The notes under the pieces were generated by a model. It was not told the origin of the DNA. It did no database searches and saw only the letters and a list, made by a program, of their open reading frames with translations. This document shows positions 29,421 through 40,498 of a stretch of DNA of 64,000 bases, in pieces (the stretch's first letter is position 1; each line of letters starts with the position of its first letter). The DNA lies in contig OZ242220.1 of NCBI GenBank assembly GCA_965206745.1, positions 224,001 through 288,000 of the forward strand. The letters are read 5' to 3'. This DNA comes from Nitrosopumilus sp. (lineage in GTDB: Archaea > Thermoproteota > Nitrososphaeria > Nitrososphaerales > Nitrosopumilaceae). The translations under genes were made by a program, and so were the position numbers.

Positions 29421-29630
29421 ATGGATGATCAGGAAAAGGGAGAGCGGTTTTTAAAATTAATTGATGATCAAAACAATATTCAGTGGGGGATTGTCGCAAA
29501 GTTGACCTCCTTGATTTCCTTCAAATGGAATTCCCAGGAATTAAAAGATGAGCTTGAGGGCCTGGTGGATAATCATTCTAAGATAACTAAGGAGCTCAAC
29601 AGCCTCGATGATAAAGGCAGTGCCTTATAA
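29421..29630 (+). CDS. Small hypothetical protein
   Basis: 69-aa helical ORF with ATG start. Confidence 0.6.
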   Translation: MDDQEKGERFLKLIDDQNNIQWGIVAKLTSLISFKWNSQELKDELEGLVDNHSKITKELNSLDDKGSAL

Positions 29631-30557
29631 TGCAGAATCAACCATTAGTGCAATAAACAACACTGCCAAGTATGGACTGGAGAATTTAAACAGGGTCCAG
29701 GCAGCTTTCTCCATCGGTTTGGCTATGACCCATGCTGACAACCCGACCATCAGTGCACCTGATGCAATTGCAGTCCACAGGTATACTGCGCCGACCATCT
29801 CTTCACCGCCTTGGGTTGTTATGAAAAATGGGGCAATTGAGAATAGCACCATTACCACCGTTGAGACGGCAATAGCTCTGGCAGAAGTCTTCTCTGATTG
29901 CACTGCCGTCAACATTGGAACGTTGACTTTGTTATAGTCTTCCTTGAAATGCAAGGTAAGTGCCCAGATGTGCATTGGAATCCAAATGAATACCAAGCCT
30001 GCCATGGCAAGACCCATTGTCCACAAATCTGACATGCTTACTGCCACCCATCCTATCATCGGTGGCGAACCCCCGCACAATCCGCCCAAAATTATGTTGG
30101 TCCTTGAGTTCCGTTTCAAGACATACGAGTAGATTATGATGTTGTTTACCAGTCCAAAGGCGATAAAAGCAGTCGCCCATGCACCCTGCTCCAGCGTGGT
30201 TGTAAAGGAGATTCCAAATGCCAGTACCAGTGATATGCCTGCTAATGCCAATCCAAAGTTCCTTGCCTTTACTGCGGGATAGATTCTCTTTGATGGCAGG
30301 GGCCTCTCCTTTGTCCTCTCCATAATTGCGTCAATATCCCTGTCGTGATAGTTTGTCAGAGTATTTGCAGCAGCAGAACCGGCTGCAACTGAAAATAACA
30401 TCAAAAGCCATGTTGCTGGGGATATCTCTATGCCGTAGATATTGGAGGCTGTCAGTGCCGCACCAAATGCCGTAAAAACCAGCAAATACCAAATTTTCGG
30501 TTTTGTTAATTCGTAATATACTGCCACCCTGGATTCTGATTTTTGCTTCTGCAACAT
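29625..30557 (-). CDS. ctaB: Protoheme IX farnesyltransferase (heme O synthase)
   Basis: ELTKPKI, DRDIDAIMERTKERPLPS, W.P.H.WAL, EDY..VPML. Confidence 0.95.
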   Translation of the reverse strand: MLQKQKSESRVAVYYELTKPKIWYLLVFTAFGAALTASNIYGIEISPATWLLMLFSVAAGSAAANTLTNYHDRDIDAIMERTKERPLPSKRIYPAVKARNFGLALAGISLVLAFGISFTTTLEQGAWATAFIAFGLVNNIIIYSYVLKRNSRTNIILGGLCGGSPPMIGWVAVSMSDLWTMGLAMAGLVFIWIPMHIWALTLHFKEDYNKVNVPMLTAVQSEKTSARAIAVSTVVMVLFSIAPFFITTQGGEEMVGAVYLWTAIASGALMVGLSAWVIAKPMEKAAWTLFKFSSPYLAVLFIALMVDSAL

Positions 30558-31006
30558 CAGTCACTATCCTTTGATGGCATATATGGCATTGCTTTCATTC
30601 GTGACTTCATCTCGATGAATGACTCAGATGACTGGATGCCCTCAATCCTGCCGATCTTCTCAGAGACCATCTTGTGCATTTGATCTAATGACTTTGAATA
30701 CATTGTAATTAGAATGTCAAATCTCCCTGTAACCTCGGCAACCTCTCTGACCCCGTCAATCTTGAACAGCTCCTCAATAATATGATCACGCTTTTTCGTA
30801 TCCATGTTGATTCCAGTCAGTGCCTTGACATTATATCCGAGTTCTTCGTCATTAACGATAATTGTAAAACGCTCAATCATCTTCCTCTTGACTAATCGCT
30901 TGATTCTAGAGTACACCACTGATGCGTTGACATCCATCTTCTTTGATAGACGAGGGATTGAAATTGAGGCGTCATTGGATAATTCTGATAAAATCTGTAA
31001 ATCCAA
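30557..31006 (-). CDS. Lrp/AsnC transcriptional regulator
   Basis: HTH DLQIL..L..DA..S..RIKRL, EVTGRFD. Start may be ACG at 31024. Confidence 0.9.
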   Translation of the reverse strand: MDLQILSELSNDASISIPRLSKKMDVNASVVYSRIKRLVKRKMIERFTIIVNDEELGYNVKALTGINMDTKKRDHIIEELFKIDGVREVAEVTGRFDILITMYSKSLDQMHKMVSEKIGRIEGIQSSESFIEMKSRMKAMPYMPSKDSD

Positions 31007-31095
31007 CTCGTCTACTTTTACCGTCTAAAACACCTTCCACGATCTAGATTTCTGGTTCTTATAAAGTTATTATTGTAAAAATTGCAAGAAATTAT

Positions 31096-32172
31096 CTAAA
31101 TCTTGCCTTTTTTGTATAACATCTCTGCTAACAAAACCGCTCCTTTTGCTGAACCCATTTTTTTATTGTGTGAGAACAGCATGTATTTCAGACCGTTCTC
31201 AAACAGCTCTTCTGTCTCAACCCTTCCGATGGTGGTAGTCATTCCGTCACCGACTGATCTCTCCATTCTTGGCTGGGGCCTGGTCGGATCCTCATGAAAT
31301 GCATAGTATTTTTCAGGAGCAGACGGCAATCCGGACACGGAGATGTCTTTGTTGCATTGATCATAGGTCTCTTTTGCTTTTGCAGGATCAATCTCCTCCC
31401 TGGTCTCAACAAAAACCGATTCTGTATGGCCGTCTATTACAGGAACTCTGGTACAGGTACAACTAATTCTGATATCTGCATCCTCTATCCTTCCATCTTT
31501 TAGCTTGCCCAAAATCTTCCTCGTTTCTCTCTTTACCTTGCCTTCCTCCTTTGCGATGTATGGAATGATGTTGTCGGTAATTCCCATTGCCGACACTCCT
31601 GATTTTCCACCGCCAGATATTGCCTGCATCGAGGTCATCATGACTTTTTTTGCTCCATATTTTTCAAATAACGGCTTTAGTGTAATTGCCAAGCCTGTGG
31701 TGGTACAATTTGGCAACGGTGCCACCCAGCCTTTCCAGTTCCTGTTCTTTTTCTGGGTCTCAAGCAACTCTATCTGTTCGTCATTAATTCCGGGAATCAG
31801 TATCGGTACATCGTCTTCATACCTGTAAGCAGAACTAGTTGAGACTACTGGCACGTCAGATGCCATCTTGGTTTCAATATCCCTTGCGGCCTCTGATTCC
31901 ACTGCAGAAAATACCAGATCCAGCTGGGGGACATCCAGCTCTTCAACTGATCTGACTGTCATTTCCTTGATATATTCTGGGATCTCTCCGCCCACATCCC
32001 ATGATACAACTCCGCTTGCATCCTTGATTGCATCAAGATATTTTTTTCCTGCTGAACGTGAAGAGGCTGCAATTTGGGTGACCTCAAACCATGGATGGTC
32101 ATTTAATGACTGGACAAATTCCTGGCCTACAGAACCGGTAACCCCAATTATTGCCACCCTTTTTTTACTCAT
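31096..32172 (-). CDS. asd: Aspartate-semialdehyde dehydrogenase
   Basis: GVTGSVGQ, PNCTT, QAISGGG, RVPVIDGH. Confidence 0.95.
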   Translation of the reverse strand: MSKKRVAIIGVTGSVGQEFVQSLNDHPWFEVTQIAASSRSAGKKYLDAIKDASGVVSWDVGGEIPEYIKEMTVRSVEELDVPQLDLVFSAVESEAARDIETKMASDVPVVSTSSAYRYEDDVPILIPGINDEQIELLETQKKNRNWKGWVAPLPNCTTTGLAITLKPLFEKYGAKKVMMTSMQAISGGGKSGVSAMGITDNIIPYIAKEEGKVKRETRKILGKLKDGRIEDADIRISCTCTRVPVIDGHTESVFVETREEIDPAKAKETYDQCNKDISVSGLPSAPEKYYAFHEDPTRPQPRMERSVGDGMTTTIGRVETEELFENGLKYMLFSHNKKMGSAKGAVLLAEMLYKKGKI

Positions 32173-32256
32173 ATTTTGATAATAGATCGCCCTCACCTAA
32201 TAATCGTTTTCTGGAACTACCAAAACATACTAAATCGGCCAATCCTATCTGGAACT

Positions 32257-33339
32257 GTGAAAATACGGGCAAAATCCTCCATAATCAGACATGTGCCTGT
32301 AGTCCATGGCGGAAGAAACTCCCTGCAGGGGACCGATCCGCAAGTCATTGACTTTAGCTCCAATGTATCGCCTCTTGGTACTCCCCTGGCAATAAAAAAA
32401 ATTCTAAAGAAGAACATTGAAAATATACAGCACTATCCGGATCTGAATTCATCTGCAGTAATCTCAAGCCTGAAAAAATACACAAAGCTGGAAAAATCAA
32501 ACCTCATAGTTGGGAATGGGGCAATTGAGATACTCTATAACTTTTGCTTTGCATTTTTAACCAAAAAAACCAGGGTGCTGATTCCGGTTCCCACTTTTCA
32601 GGAATATGAAACAGCAGCCAAGCTACATGAGTGCCGAATCTCATATTTCAAAACTATGGACCTGGCTGAAAATCTTGATGTCTTTATCTCCAAGATACCA
32701 AGGGATGGCTGCGTATTTGTCTGCAATCCCAACAATCCTACGGGACGGCTGCTCTCCAAAGGCCAGATGTTGCAGATAGTCCGAAGAGCAGAAGAACTAT
32801 CCACAACTGTGTTTGTCGATGAGTGTTTCATTGAAATGGTTCCAGAATCAAACGAATCCGTAATATCGTATGTCAAGAAACATGCCAATCTCTTTGTCTT
32901 GCGCTCGCTGACAAAGTCGTTTGCATTGCCGGGAATCCGCATCGGATATGCCGCAGCCTCCAAGGATGCAATTGAGATTCTGCGAAAAATAAAAATTCCA
33001 TGGAGTGTAAATTCACTGGCCCAGGATGCCGCAAACTGTGCGCTTGAAAACAGATCACATCTGACTAAATCAAACTCTGTAATCAGAAGGGAGCTGGATT
33101 ATCTAATAAACAATATCGGCAGGCTAGATGGATTTGACTGCATCAGCTCATCTACAAACTTTATCCTGTTAAAAACAACAAAAAACTCAACCCTGTTGCA
33201 AAAGAAACTGCTTGAGAAAAAAATCTTGATCAGGGACTGTAAGAATTTTAGGGGGCTAGACAACCACTATGTTCGAATAGCTGTAAGATCCCACAAAGAC
33301 AACTTAAAACTTGTCAGGGCCTTGGGGAAGATAAGATGA
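32257..33339 (+). CDS. cobD: Threonine-phosphate decarboxylase
   Basis: HGG, DFSSNVSPLG, GNGA.E, CNPNNPTG, SLTKSFALPGIRIGY. Cob operon context. Confidence 0.88.
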   Translation: MKIRAKSSIIRHVPVVHGGRNSLQGTDPQVIDFSSNVSPLGTPLAIKKILKKNIENIQHYPDLNSSAVISSLKKYTKLEKSNLIVGNGAIEILYNFCFAFLTKKTRVLIPVPTFQEYETAAKLHECRISYFKTMDLAENLDVFISKIPRDGCVFVCNPNNPTGRLLSKGQMLQIVRRAEELSTTVFVDECFIEMVPESNESVISYVKKHANLFVLRSLTKSFALPGIRIGYAAASKDAIEILRKIKIPWSVNSLAQDAANCALENRSHLTKSNSVIRRELDYLINNIGRLDGFDCISSSTNFILLKTTKNSTLLQKKLLEKKILIRDCKNFRGLDNHYVRIAVRSHKDNLKLVRALGKIR

Positions 33340-34175
33340 AATCTTTGATGATTCAGGGGACATCATCCGGATCTGGAAAAACTACACTGGTGGCAGCCCT
33401 CTGCAGGATTTTTTCTGATAAGGGTTACAGCGTTGCCCCCTTCAAGTCCCAAAACATGTCCAATTTTGCATACGTTACGCCCGAATTTGAGATATCCCGC
33501 GCCCAGGCAGTTCAAGCTATTGCCTCACGATGCCAGATGACTCCCGACCTTAATCCGATTCTGCTAAAACCGGCGGGAAACTATAGCAGCATCGTATATC
33601 TCAACGGAAAACGGTACAAGAAGATGCATGCAAAAGAGTACTATGAAAAGTTTGTAAATAGCAAGGGCATTGACATTGCAGTCAAATCACTTCAAACGTT
33701 GCAGAGAAACCATGACTTGGTAATCCTGGAGGGCGCTGGTTCTCCTGCTGAAATTAATCTGCAAAAATTTGACATTGCAAACATGAGGATTGCCCAAAAG
33801 GCAAAAGCCGACGTGCTGCTGGTCTCAGATATTGACAAGGGCGGCGCCTTTGCAAGTCTGGTCGGGACCATGGCCTTGATTGAACGGAGACATCAAAAGC
33901 TTGTAAAGGGTTTTATCTTTAACAAGTTCAGGGGGGACCTGGATGTGCTAAAGCCCGGATTTCAAAAGCTCACAAATATTACAAAGATTCCTGTCATGGG
34001 GACAATCCCGCTGATCCCGCTGAGTCTGCCCGAGGAGGACTCTCTTAACTGTAATCCAAAAGACATGCGGTGGACCAAGAAAAATGTCTCAAAAATTGAT
34101 GGTGAATTAAACAAGCTGGCAGAGACTGTCAAGTCAAGCATTGATATAGAATCCGTTGAGATGATGCTGCAGTGA
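33336..34175 (+). CDS. cobQ: Cobyric acid synthase, synthetase domain only
   Basis: QGTSSGSGKT, PFKSQNMS, EGAGSPAEINL, NKFRGD, EEDS. No glutaminase domain. Confidence 0.9.
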   Translation: MKSLMIQGTSSGSGKTTLVAALCRIFSDKGYSVAPFKSQNMSNFAYVTPEFEISRAQAVQAIASRCQMTPDLNPILLKPAGNYSSIVYLNGKRYKKMHAKEYYEKFVNSKGIDIAVKSLQTLQRNHDLVILEGAGSPAEINLQKFDIANMRIAQKAKADVLLVSDIDKGGAFASLVGTMALIERRHQKLVKGFIFNKFRGDLDVLKPGFQKLTNITKIPVMGTIPLIPLSLPEEDSLNCNPKDMRWTKKNVSKIDGELNKLAETVKSSIDIESVEMMLQ

Positions 34176-35215
34176 TCATTGAACCCTTACTTGCAATTGC
34201 CTTTGCCATTCTAATTGACTTAAAATTCGGGGATCCCAGAAACAAATATCATCCCACTGCCTGGATTGGGACCTTGATTGCAAAACTGGTGCCCGTGGTA
34301 AAAAGTGAACGTCCTGTGACTGAGAAATTCGGCGGCATCCTCATCGTTATCACTGCCTCTGGCTTTGCAATCCTGCTCCTCTTTGCATTCAATCTCGGAG
34401 CATCTCTGATCTACATACTGGGCGGCATTACCACAGAAGCTCTGGTGTCCCTTTTCATATCCAATTTCAAAACACCCATGGCAACAATTTACTATATCTC
34501 ACTGATAGCCTATGCAATTATTGGTGGATTGCTGCTGAAAACTACAATTGCAATTCATGGCATGGAAGAACATGCAAAATCCGTTTTGAAGGCATTGGAT
34601 GATGAAAATCTTGAGATGGCAAGAACCCGCCTCTCTATGATTGTCAAGCGAGATACCGCACATTTGGACAAAAATCATGTTATTTCAGGCGTGCTTGAGA
34701 GCATAAGTGAGAATACAGTCGATGGGATAACCGGACCGTTGTTCTACTATGCCATCTTTGGATTGCCTGGAGCGTTTGTCTATCGCGTGGTAAACACTGC
34801 TGACTCGATGATTGGATACAAGACTGATATTTTTAAAAATATTGGATGGTTTGCAGCAACCTGTGACAGCATCCTGAATTACATTCCATCTAGGCTGACA
34901 GGCTTGGTGATGATCATCTCGTCTGCCATTCTGCAAAAGAATTGGAGGGAGTCCTACAAAACAATGATCAGGGACGGCAAAAAACCCCAGAGTCTCAATG
35001 CCGGATATCCGATGGCTGCCTTGGCAGGAGCTCTGGAGATAAAGTTTGAAAAAATCAACCATTACGAGTTGGGTGATGGCAGAGCTACTCTTAGCAAGGA
35101 GCATGTCAGTTCGGCAATATCCATAATGAAACTCACTTTGGTACTCTTCTCTGGAATCGTTGCAGTCCCAATAATCTCTTTCTTGTCACTTGCAGGTTGG
35201 TGGTTGCATGTTTAA
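34172..35215 (+). CDS. cbiB: Adenosylcobinamide-phosphate synthase
   Basis: GDP..HP, IVKRDT, ESISENTVDG, NTADSMIGYK, NAGYP.AA.AGAL. Confidence 0.93.
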   Translation: MIIEPLLAIAFAILIDLKFGDPRNKYHPTAWIGTLIAKLVPVVKSERPVTEKFGGILIVITASGFAILLLFAFNLGASLIYILGGITTEALVSLFISNFKTPMATIYYISLIAYAIIGGLLLKTTIAIHGMEEHAKSVLKALDDENLEMARTRLSMIVKRDTAHLDKNHVISGVLESISENTVDGITGPLFYYAIFGLPGAFVYRVVNTADSMIGYKTDIFKNIGWFAATCDSILNYIPSRLTGLVMIISSAILQKNWRESYKTMIRDGKKPQSLNAGYPMAALAGALEIKFEKINHYELGDGRATLSKEHVSSAISIMKLTLVLFSGIVAVPIISFLSLAGWWLHV

Positions 35216-35933
35216 GGAGATAGGATCTGTCTTTTCATTTCTGACGATTCTCCCCTCACCAAACGCGACGCTGGAGAATATTGCAAAATACATGTTCATG
35301 TTTCCCGTAGTTGGGATTGTCATTGGACTCTTGGTTGGCTCACTGGGCTTTGGACTGTCCTACTTTTTGGAGCCATTGCTGGTTAGCTTGCTAGTCGTTG
35401 CATCCATCGCAGTAATTACCGGAATACACCATACTGACGGTCTGGCCGACTTTGCAGACGGGTTGATGGTAAAGGGTTCAAAGGACAAGAAACTCAAAGC
35501 TATGAAGGATCTCTCCACTGGTTCGGCAGGCATTGTGGCAATTCTCTTGTACCTCATTGGCCTGATAGTTACAATCTCCCTTACCGGCGGCTTTGATTTA
35601 CTAAAGGCAATTCTGATCAGTGAGATTCTGGCAAAATTCTCGATGGTTTTGATGGCCAGCTTGGGCAAATCGGCCTCATTGGGCTCAAACTCGCCATTTG
35701 TCAAATTTATGAAGGACAAGAGAAAGATTTCTGCAGCATTTCTCATCATGATTGTTCCTGTAATTGTAATTGGTGAGACTACCGGGCTGATTATGCTTGG
35801 CGTAACCATTGCACTGACTCTGTTCCTCCTGACCTTCTCCACACGTAGTTTCGGCGGCATTACAGGAGATGTACTGGGAGCTACCAACGAACTGACAAGG
35901 CTGGCCTCTTTGATGGTGTTTGTCTCGGTATGA
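35208..35933 (+). CDS. cobS: Adenosylcobinamide-GDP ribazoletransferase
   Basis: FLTILP, TGIHHTDGLADFADG, MKD, FGGITGDVLGA. Confidence 0.95.
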   Translation: MFKEIGSVFSFLTILPSPNATLENIAKYMFMFPVVGIVIGLLVGSLGFGLSYFLEPLLVSLLVVASIAVITGIHHTDGLADFADGLMVKGSKDKKLKAMKDLSTGSAGIVAILLYLIGLIVTISLTGGFDLLKAILISEILAKFSMVLMASLGKSASLGSNSPFVKFMKDKRKISAAFLIMIVPVIVIGETTGLIMLGVTIALTLFLLTFSTRSFGGITGDVLGATNELTRLASLMVFVSV

Positions 35934-36514
35934 TTGGACTTGTTATGGCCGGAGGTAAAGGTACCCGGATGAATTTGGACGGTGAAAAGTTATTGCTCAA
36001 ATGCAAAAAACCCGTAATACTTGATGTGATCGATTCGCTAAAAAGTTCAAAGTCCTTCTCAAAGATACTGGCAGTTACCAGCTGTAATTCCCCCCAAACA
36101 AGAAAATTACTTGAAGAAAATAATGTCGAAATTTTTGACACCTCCGGTGCTGGCTATGTCGAGGATCTAAACGCAGCTCTGAGAACCATTGATGATCACG
36201 TCCTAGTTGTATCCGGTGATCTGCCATTGCTGGATAAGGAGATAATCCAGACCATAGTAAGCCGGTTTGATCCCGACAAAATCTGGACCAGCATCCTGGT
36301 CACTGACAAATTTTTGAGATCCATCGGCCTGAAATCCGACTACTCTGTTGATTTTGACGGCCAAAGGTGTCATTACTCTGGAGTATCCCTGGTCAACTCT
36401 GAGAAAGTTTCCTCGCTGGAGAACTTGACTGAAAATTATGTCGTAATTGACGACAAGAGAATTGCGTTTAATCTAAATTCTAAACAGGATTATGACTTAC
36501 TCGGCACTGCTTGA
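35930..36514 (+). CDS. cobY: Adenosylcobinamide-phosphate guanylyltransferase
   Basis: MAGGKGTRM, EK, GYVEDL, SGDLPL, NLNS..D. Confidence 0.88.
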   Translation: MIGLVMAGGKGTRMNLDGEKLLLKCKKPVILDVIDSLKSSKSFSKILAVTSCNSPQTRKLLEENNVEIFDTSGAGYVEDLNAALRTIDDHVLVVSGDLPLLDKEIIQTIVSRFDPDKIWTSILVTDKFLRSIGLKSDYSVDFDGQRCHYSGVSLVNSEKVSSLENLTENYVVIDDKRIAFNLNSKQDYDLLGTA

Positions 36515-36694
36515 GATTTTGCCATTAATCTGGGCCTTTGATCCTGTTGGCTCTGAGATTGTGTTTCCACATGAGTTGCATGCGACATGTGTTGTTGCAT
36601 GCGAGTAAACTATCTGCATCTCGCCACATTCATTGCAGTTGACTTTTTGAAATTTACTAGACGGCTTTGGAATTTCAATGTGATCCTTCTTCAT
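36497..36694 (-). CDS. rps27e: 30S ribosomal protein S27e
   Basis: PSSKF.KV.CNEC, CNSCG..PTG.KA. Confidence 0.95.
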   Translation of the reverse strand: MKKDHIEIPKPSSKFQKVNCNECGEMQIVYSHATTHVACNSCGNTISEPTGSKAQINGKISSSAE

Positions 36695-36978
36695 GCTGCT
36701 ATCAACTCAAATTTCTTAATTCTGACGCCTTTTTTATTGTATTTCTTTTTACAGACGGTACATGTCATGATGGGGGTGACTTTTTTCGTAACTTTGGCCG
36801 GTTTTGCTAATTTTGGGAATTTTTGTCCGCCATATCCCCTCTTGCGCTCTGCGTGCCTGCGTTCACCTGCAGCAGAACCCCGCCTCTTTCCAGCCTTGTA
36901 AATGGAGATCTTTTGTTCAGTATGCGTATTGCATTTTGCACAAAACTTTCTGATCACCTTGGGAATGTTCATATCCAC
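36691..36978 (-). CDS. rpl44e: 50S ribosomal protein L44e
   Basis: CAKCNTHT, GYGGQ, KVTKK, CTVC. Confidence 0.95.
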   Translation of the reverse strand: MDMNIPKVIRKFCAKCNTHTEQKISIYKAGKRRGSAAGERRHAERKRGYGGQKFPKLAKPAKVTKKVTPIMTCTVCKKKYNKKGVRIKKFELIAA

Positions 36979-37042
36979 AAAACCTCTTCAACCGTAATTT
37001 AAGCATTGAATCTATAATAGGCGCAAAACCCAATCAAAAGAA

Positions 37043-38806
37043 ATGACCCTGAGCCTAGCAAATTCGATATTGTCCCTAAACTCTGTAGCACTGGGTGAGA
37101 AGAACGCCGATCTGATATTGAAAGACTGCAACCTGTTATCTGTCTATACGCGGGAGATAGTCCCGCATATTCAGATTGCCATAATTAATGACAGAATTGC
37201 ATATGTCGGCCCTGATGCCTCCCATGCAGCCGGTCCTAAGACTGTCATAGTTGATCTCCGAGGAAAGTATGTCAGTCCTGGCTTTGCAGATCCGCATCTA
37301 CACATTGATCAGTTCGTGTTGCCATCTGAATTTGCAAAAAAGGCCCTACTCTGTGGTGTGACATCGCTGTTCTCTGATCCGATTGACATCGTAAGCGTGG
37401 CAGGATATCGCGGCTTTAAGGAATTCCTGAAACTTGGAGAGGGCCTGCCAATCCGAATCTTTCAGGTAGTTCCAGGAGGACTTCCGGTAGACCCAAAATT
37501 CAGCAACAGCAAATCATTATCACTATCACAGGAAAAATCTGCAATCAAACATCCTAATGTTCTTGGAATGGGGGAGGTCTTTTCATGGACCAAAGTTACT
37601 TCACGCGAACCAAAGACAATGAGATCACTTTCATCAATGCTGGAATGTGATTGCATAATTAACGGCCACACAGCTGGTGCAAGTGGGAAGAAACTCAACG
37701 CATATGTCTCATCCGGAGTCCTGTCCTGCCATGAACCTATCAACTTTGATCAGGTTCTAGAAAGACTGCGCCTTGGGATGTGGATAATGATCAGAGAGGG
37801 CTCGATTAGAAGGGACTTGAAGGAAATAATTCCACGTGTTTTATCCCATGGTACATATCGCAACCGCCTGATGTTCTGCTCAGACGGTCTTGATCCCCTT
37901 GATCTTTCTGAATTTGGTCATATAGATCACTGCATAAGGGAGTCAGTCAAGCTTGGTCTAAAGCCGATAGATGCAGTTACCATGGCATCAAAGAACAATT
38001 TTGACTATTACAACATGGGAAAGGATCTTGGAGGCATAGCTCCTGGAAAATTGGCAGACATTCTAGTCTTTGACGACTTGGAATCTTTCAAGCCAAACAA
38101 GGTCTTTGTCGGAGGCAAGCTGATAGTGTCTAATGGAAAGATGGTCGCCCCAATTAGGAAACAAATGATTCCGCAATGGATTAGGAAAACCGTAAAGCTA
38201 AAAAATTTCTCCAAAGATGATTTTGCCATAAAATCAAGAAAGAAGGATCCCACGGCAAATACCATCTACATGCAGACTGAAATAATTACAAAGATAGGCT
38301 CAGCTGATCTTCATTCTAAGGACGGTCATGTCTTGGCCTCGGCAGATTCTGATGTCTGGAAGGTTGCAGCTTTTGACAGAACTCACGGAACCGGCAGACA
38401 CTCTGTGGGATTCCTTGAAAATTTTGGCGCAGACATTGGCGCCTTTGCCTCTACATGGAGCTTCCATGAAAACGACATGATCGTGATCGGCTCAAATGAC
38501 TCGGATATGGCAACAGTAGCCAACCACCTCATCAAAAATCAGGGCGGTCTTGCCGTGGTCAAGTCCGGCAAGGTTGTCGCCTCCCTTCCTTTGCAGTTTG
38601 GTGGCATCCTCTCCACGGATTCCTTTGAAAAAGTCTCATCTAACTTTGAAAAAATCAATAACAGCATTGTGGATTCGGGTTCAAAATTTTCCAAACCGCA
38701 CTTGATCCCTCTGTTCTTACCTTTCTTGGCCCTGCCATCAGTTAGAATTCTTTCTGGCGGAATCGTTGATGTGAAAAAACGGAGCTACATATCCCCGATC
38801 TACTAA
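37043..38806 (+). CDS. ade: Adenine deaminase
   Basis: PGFADPHLHID, GH, CHE, IREGS, CSDG, APGKLAD. Confidence 0.88.
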   Translation: MTLSLANSILSLNSVALGEKNADLILKDCNLLSVYTREIVPHIQIAIINDRIAYVGPDASHAAGPKTVIVDLRGKYVSPGFADPHLHIDQFVLPSEFAKKALLCGVTSLFSDPIDIVSVAGYRGFKEFLKLGEGLPIRIFQVVPGGLPVDPKFSNSKSLSLSQEKSAIKHPNVLGMGEVFSWTKVTSREPKTMRSLSSMLECDCIINGHTAGASGKKLNAYVSSGVLSCHEPINFDQVLERLRLGMWIMIREGSIRRDLKEIIPRVLSHGTYRNRLMFCSDGLDPLDLSEFGHIDHCIRESVKLGLKPIDAVTMASKNNFDYYNMGKDLGGIAPGKLADILVFDDLESFKPNKVFVGGKLIVSNGKMVAPIRKQMIPQWIRKTVKLKNFSKDDFAIKSRKKDPTANTIYMQTEIITKIGSADLHSKDGHVLASADSDVWKVAAFDRTHGTGRHSVGFLENFGADIGAFASTWSFHENDMIVIGSNDSDMATVANHLIKNQGGLAVVKSGKVVASLPLQFGGILSTDSFEKVSSNFEKINNSIVDSGSKFSKPHLIPLFLPFLALPSVRILSGGIVDVKKRSYISPIY

Positions 38807-38850
38807 GTAATGTTAAAAAGGGGGATTCTGTGGATTGAAGCTGAATCTAA

Positions 38851-40458
38851 ATGGCATCAATTCAACAAGGACCAAATGGACCTGTACTGGTTCTCAAAGA
38901 GAGTGCATTACAGCAGAAAGGCAAGGACGCTCAACAAAACAATATCGCAGCGGCAAAACTGGTTGCTCAACTAGTCAGAACCAGCCTTGGCCCTAGAGGC
39001 CTTGACAAGATGTTAGTTGATTCCTTAGGCGATGTAACTATTACAAATGACGGTGCAACCATTCTCAAGGAGATTGACGTTCAGCATCCGGCAGCCAAAA
39101 TGATGGTGGAGATTTCTAAAACTGTAGATAACGAGGTGGGAGACGGTACAACATCTTCTGTGATATTCGGTGGCGCGTTGCTGGCCAGAGCAGAAGATCT
39201 TCTCAACAAGGACGTGCATTCCTCAACCATCATTGATGGATACCAGGCAGCAGCTGACAAAACCCTTGAAATTTACTCTGACTTGGCAAAGAAGATACAG
39301 CCTGATGACAAGGCATCTCTATTAAAAATAGCCACAACCAGCATGCAGTCCAAACTGGTTTCTGAGGACAGCTCGCTGCTTTCCAAAATCATAGTCGACG
39401 CCATTCTTAGCATTGCAACAAAGAGGGGTGATGTTTATTCAGTCGACCTTGAAAACATCAAGGTGGAAAAAAAGGCAGGCGGCTCAATTGATGATACACA
39501 AATCGTAAAGGGAATTGTTTTGGATAAGGAGATTGTCCACAGCGGAATGCCTACAAAGATTGAGAATGCAAAGATTGCACTGCTTAACTCGGCATTGGAA
39601 ATTGAAAAGACAGAGCTGAGTGCGGAAATTAAAATTACAGACCCGACCCAGATGCAAATGTTCCTGGAGGAAGAGAACAGGATGCTAAAGTCAATGGTTG
39701 ACAAACTGCATGATGTGGGAGTCAACGTGCTGATCTGTCAAAAAGGAATAGATGATATTTCACAACACTATCTTGCAAAGTATGGCATCATGGCGGTGCG
39801 CCGTGTCAAAGAAAGCGACATGATCAAGCTTTCCAAGGCCACAGGCGGACGCGTGATTAGCAATCTTGATGATCTTTCAGAAAGTGATCTCGGAGCTGCA
39901 CAGATAGCACATCAAAAGAAAGTCGAGTCTGACAAATGGGTCTTCATTGAGGGATGCAAACATCCACAATCAGTTACAATGCTGATTCGCGGTGGAACTC
40001 AGAGGGTAATTGACGAGGTAGATCGTTCAATACATGATTCCCTGATGGTCGTAAAAGATGTAATTGAAAAGCCGGCAATTGTGGCAGGTGGCGGCGCCCC
40101 TGAGGCATTTGCAGCCTCACTTCTCAAAGATTGGGCAGATAATTTTGATGGAAGAGAGCAGCTTGCAATTAAGAAATATGCCGAGGCACTCGAGACTATC
40201 CCGCTTACCATTGCTGAAAACGCCGGAATGGATCCAATTGATACAATGGCCAATCTCAGGGCAAAGCAGAACCAAGGCCAAAGATGGACCGGCATTGATG
40301 CTAAAAACATGAAAATCACAGACATGATGGCAATCAATGTGGTAGAGCCAATCGTAGTCAAGGAGCAGATCATCAAATCTGCAACAGAGGCAGCATGCAT
40401 GATTCTTAGAATCGATGACGTCATTGCCATATCAGGCGCTCCAGCCGGCATGGGCTAA
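38851..40458 (+). CDS. ths: Thermosome (group II chaperonin) subunit
   Basis: [29 protein letters not shown]. Confidence 0.97.
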   Translation: MASIQQGPNGPVLVLKESALQQKGKDAQQNNIAAAKLVAQLVRTSLGPRGLDKMLVDSLGDVTITNDGATILKEIDVQHPAAKMMVEISKTVDNEVGDGTTSSVIFGGALLARAEDLLNKDVHSSTIIDGYQAAADKTLEIYSDLAKKIQPDDKASLLKIATTSMQSKLVSEDSSLLSKIIVDAILSIATKRGDVYSVDLENIKVEKKAGGSIDDTQIVKGIVLDKEIVHSGMPTKIENAKIALLNSALEIEKTELSAEIKITDPTQMQMFLEEENRMLKSMVDKLHDVGVNVLICQKGIDDISQHYLAKYGIMAVRRVKESDMIKLSKATGGRVISNLDDLSESDLGAAQIAHQKKVESDKWVFIEGCKHPQSVTMLIRGGTQRVIDEVDRSIHDSLMVVKDVIEKPAIVAGGGAPEAFAASLLKDWADNFDGREQLAIKKYAEALETIPLTIAENAGMDPIDTMANLRAKQNQGQRWTGIDAKNMKITDMMAINVVEPIVVKEQIIKSATEAACMILRIDDVIAISGAPAGMG

Positions 40459-40498
40459 AATTTTCATCAAAGCTTAAGCGTTCTAACTTTCTAAGTAA

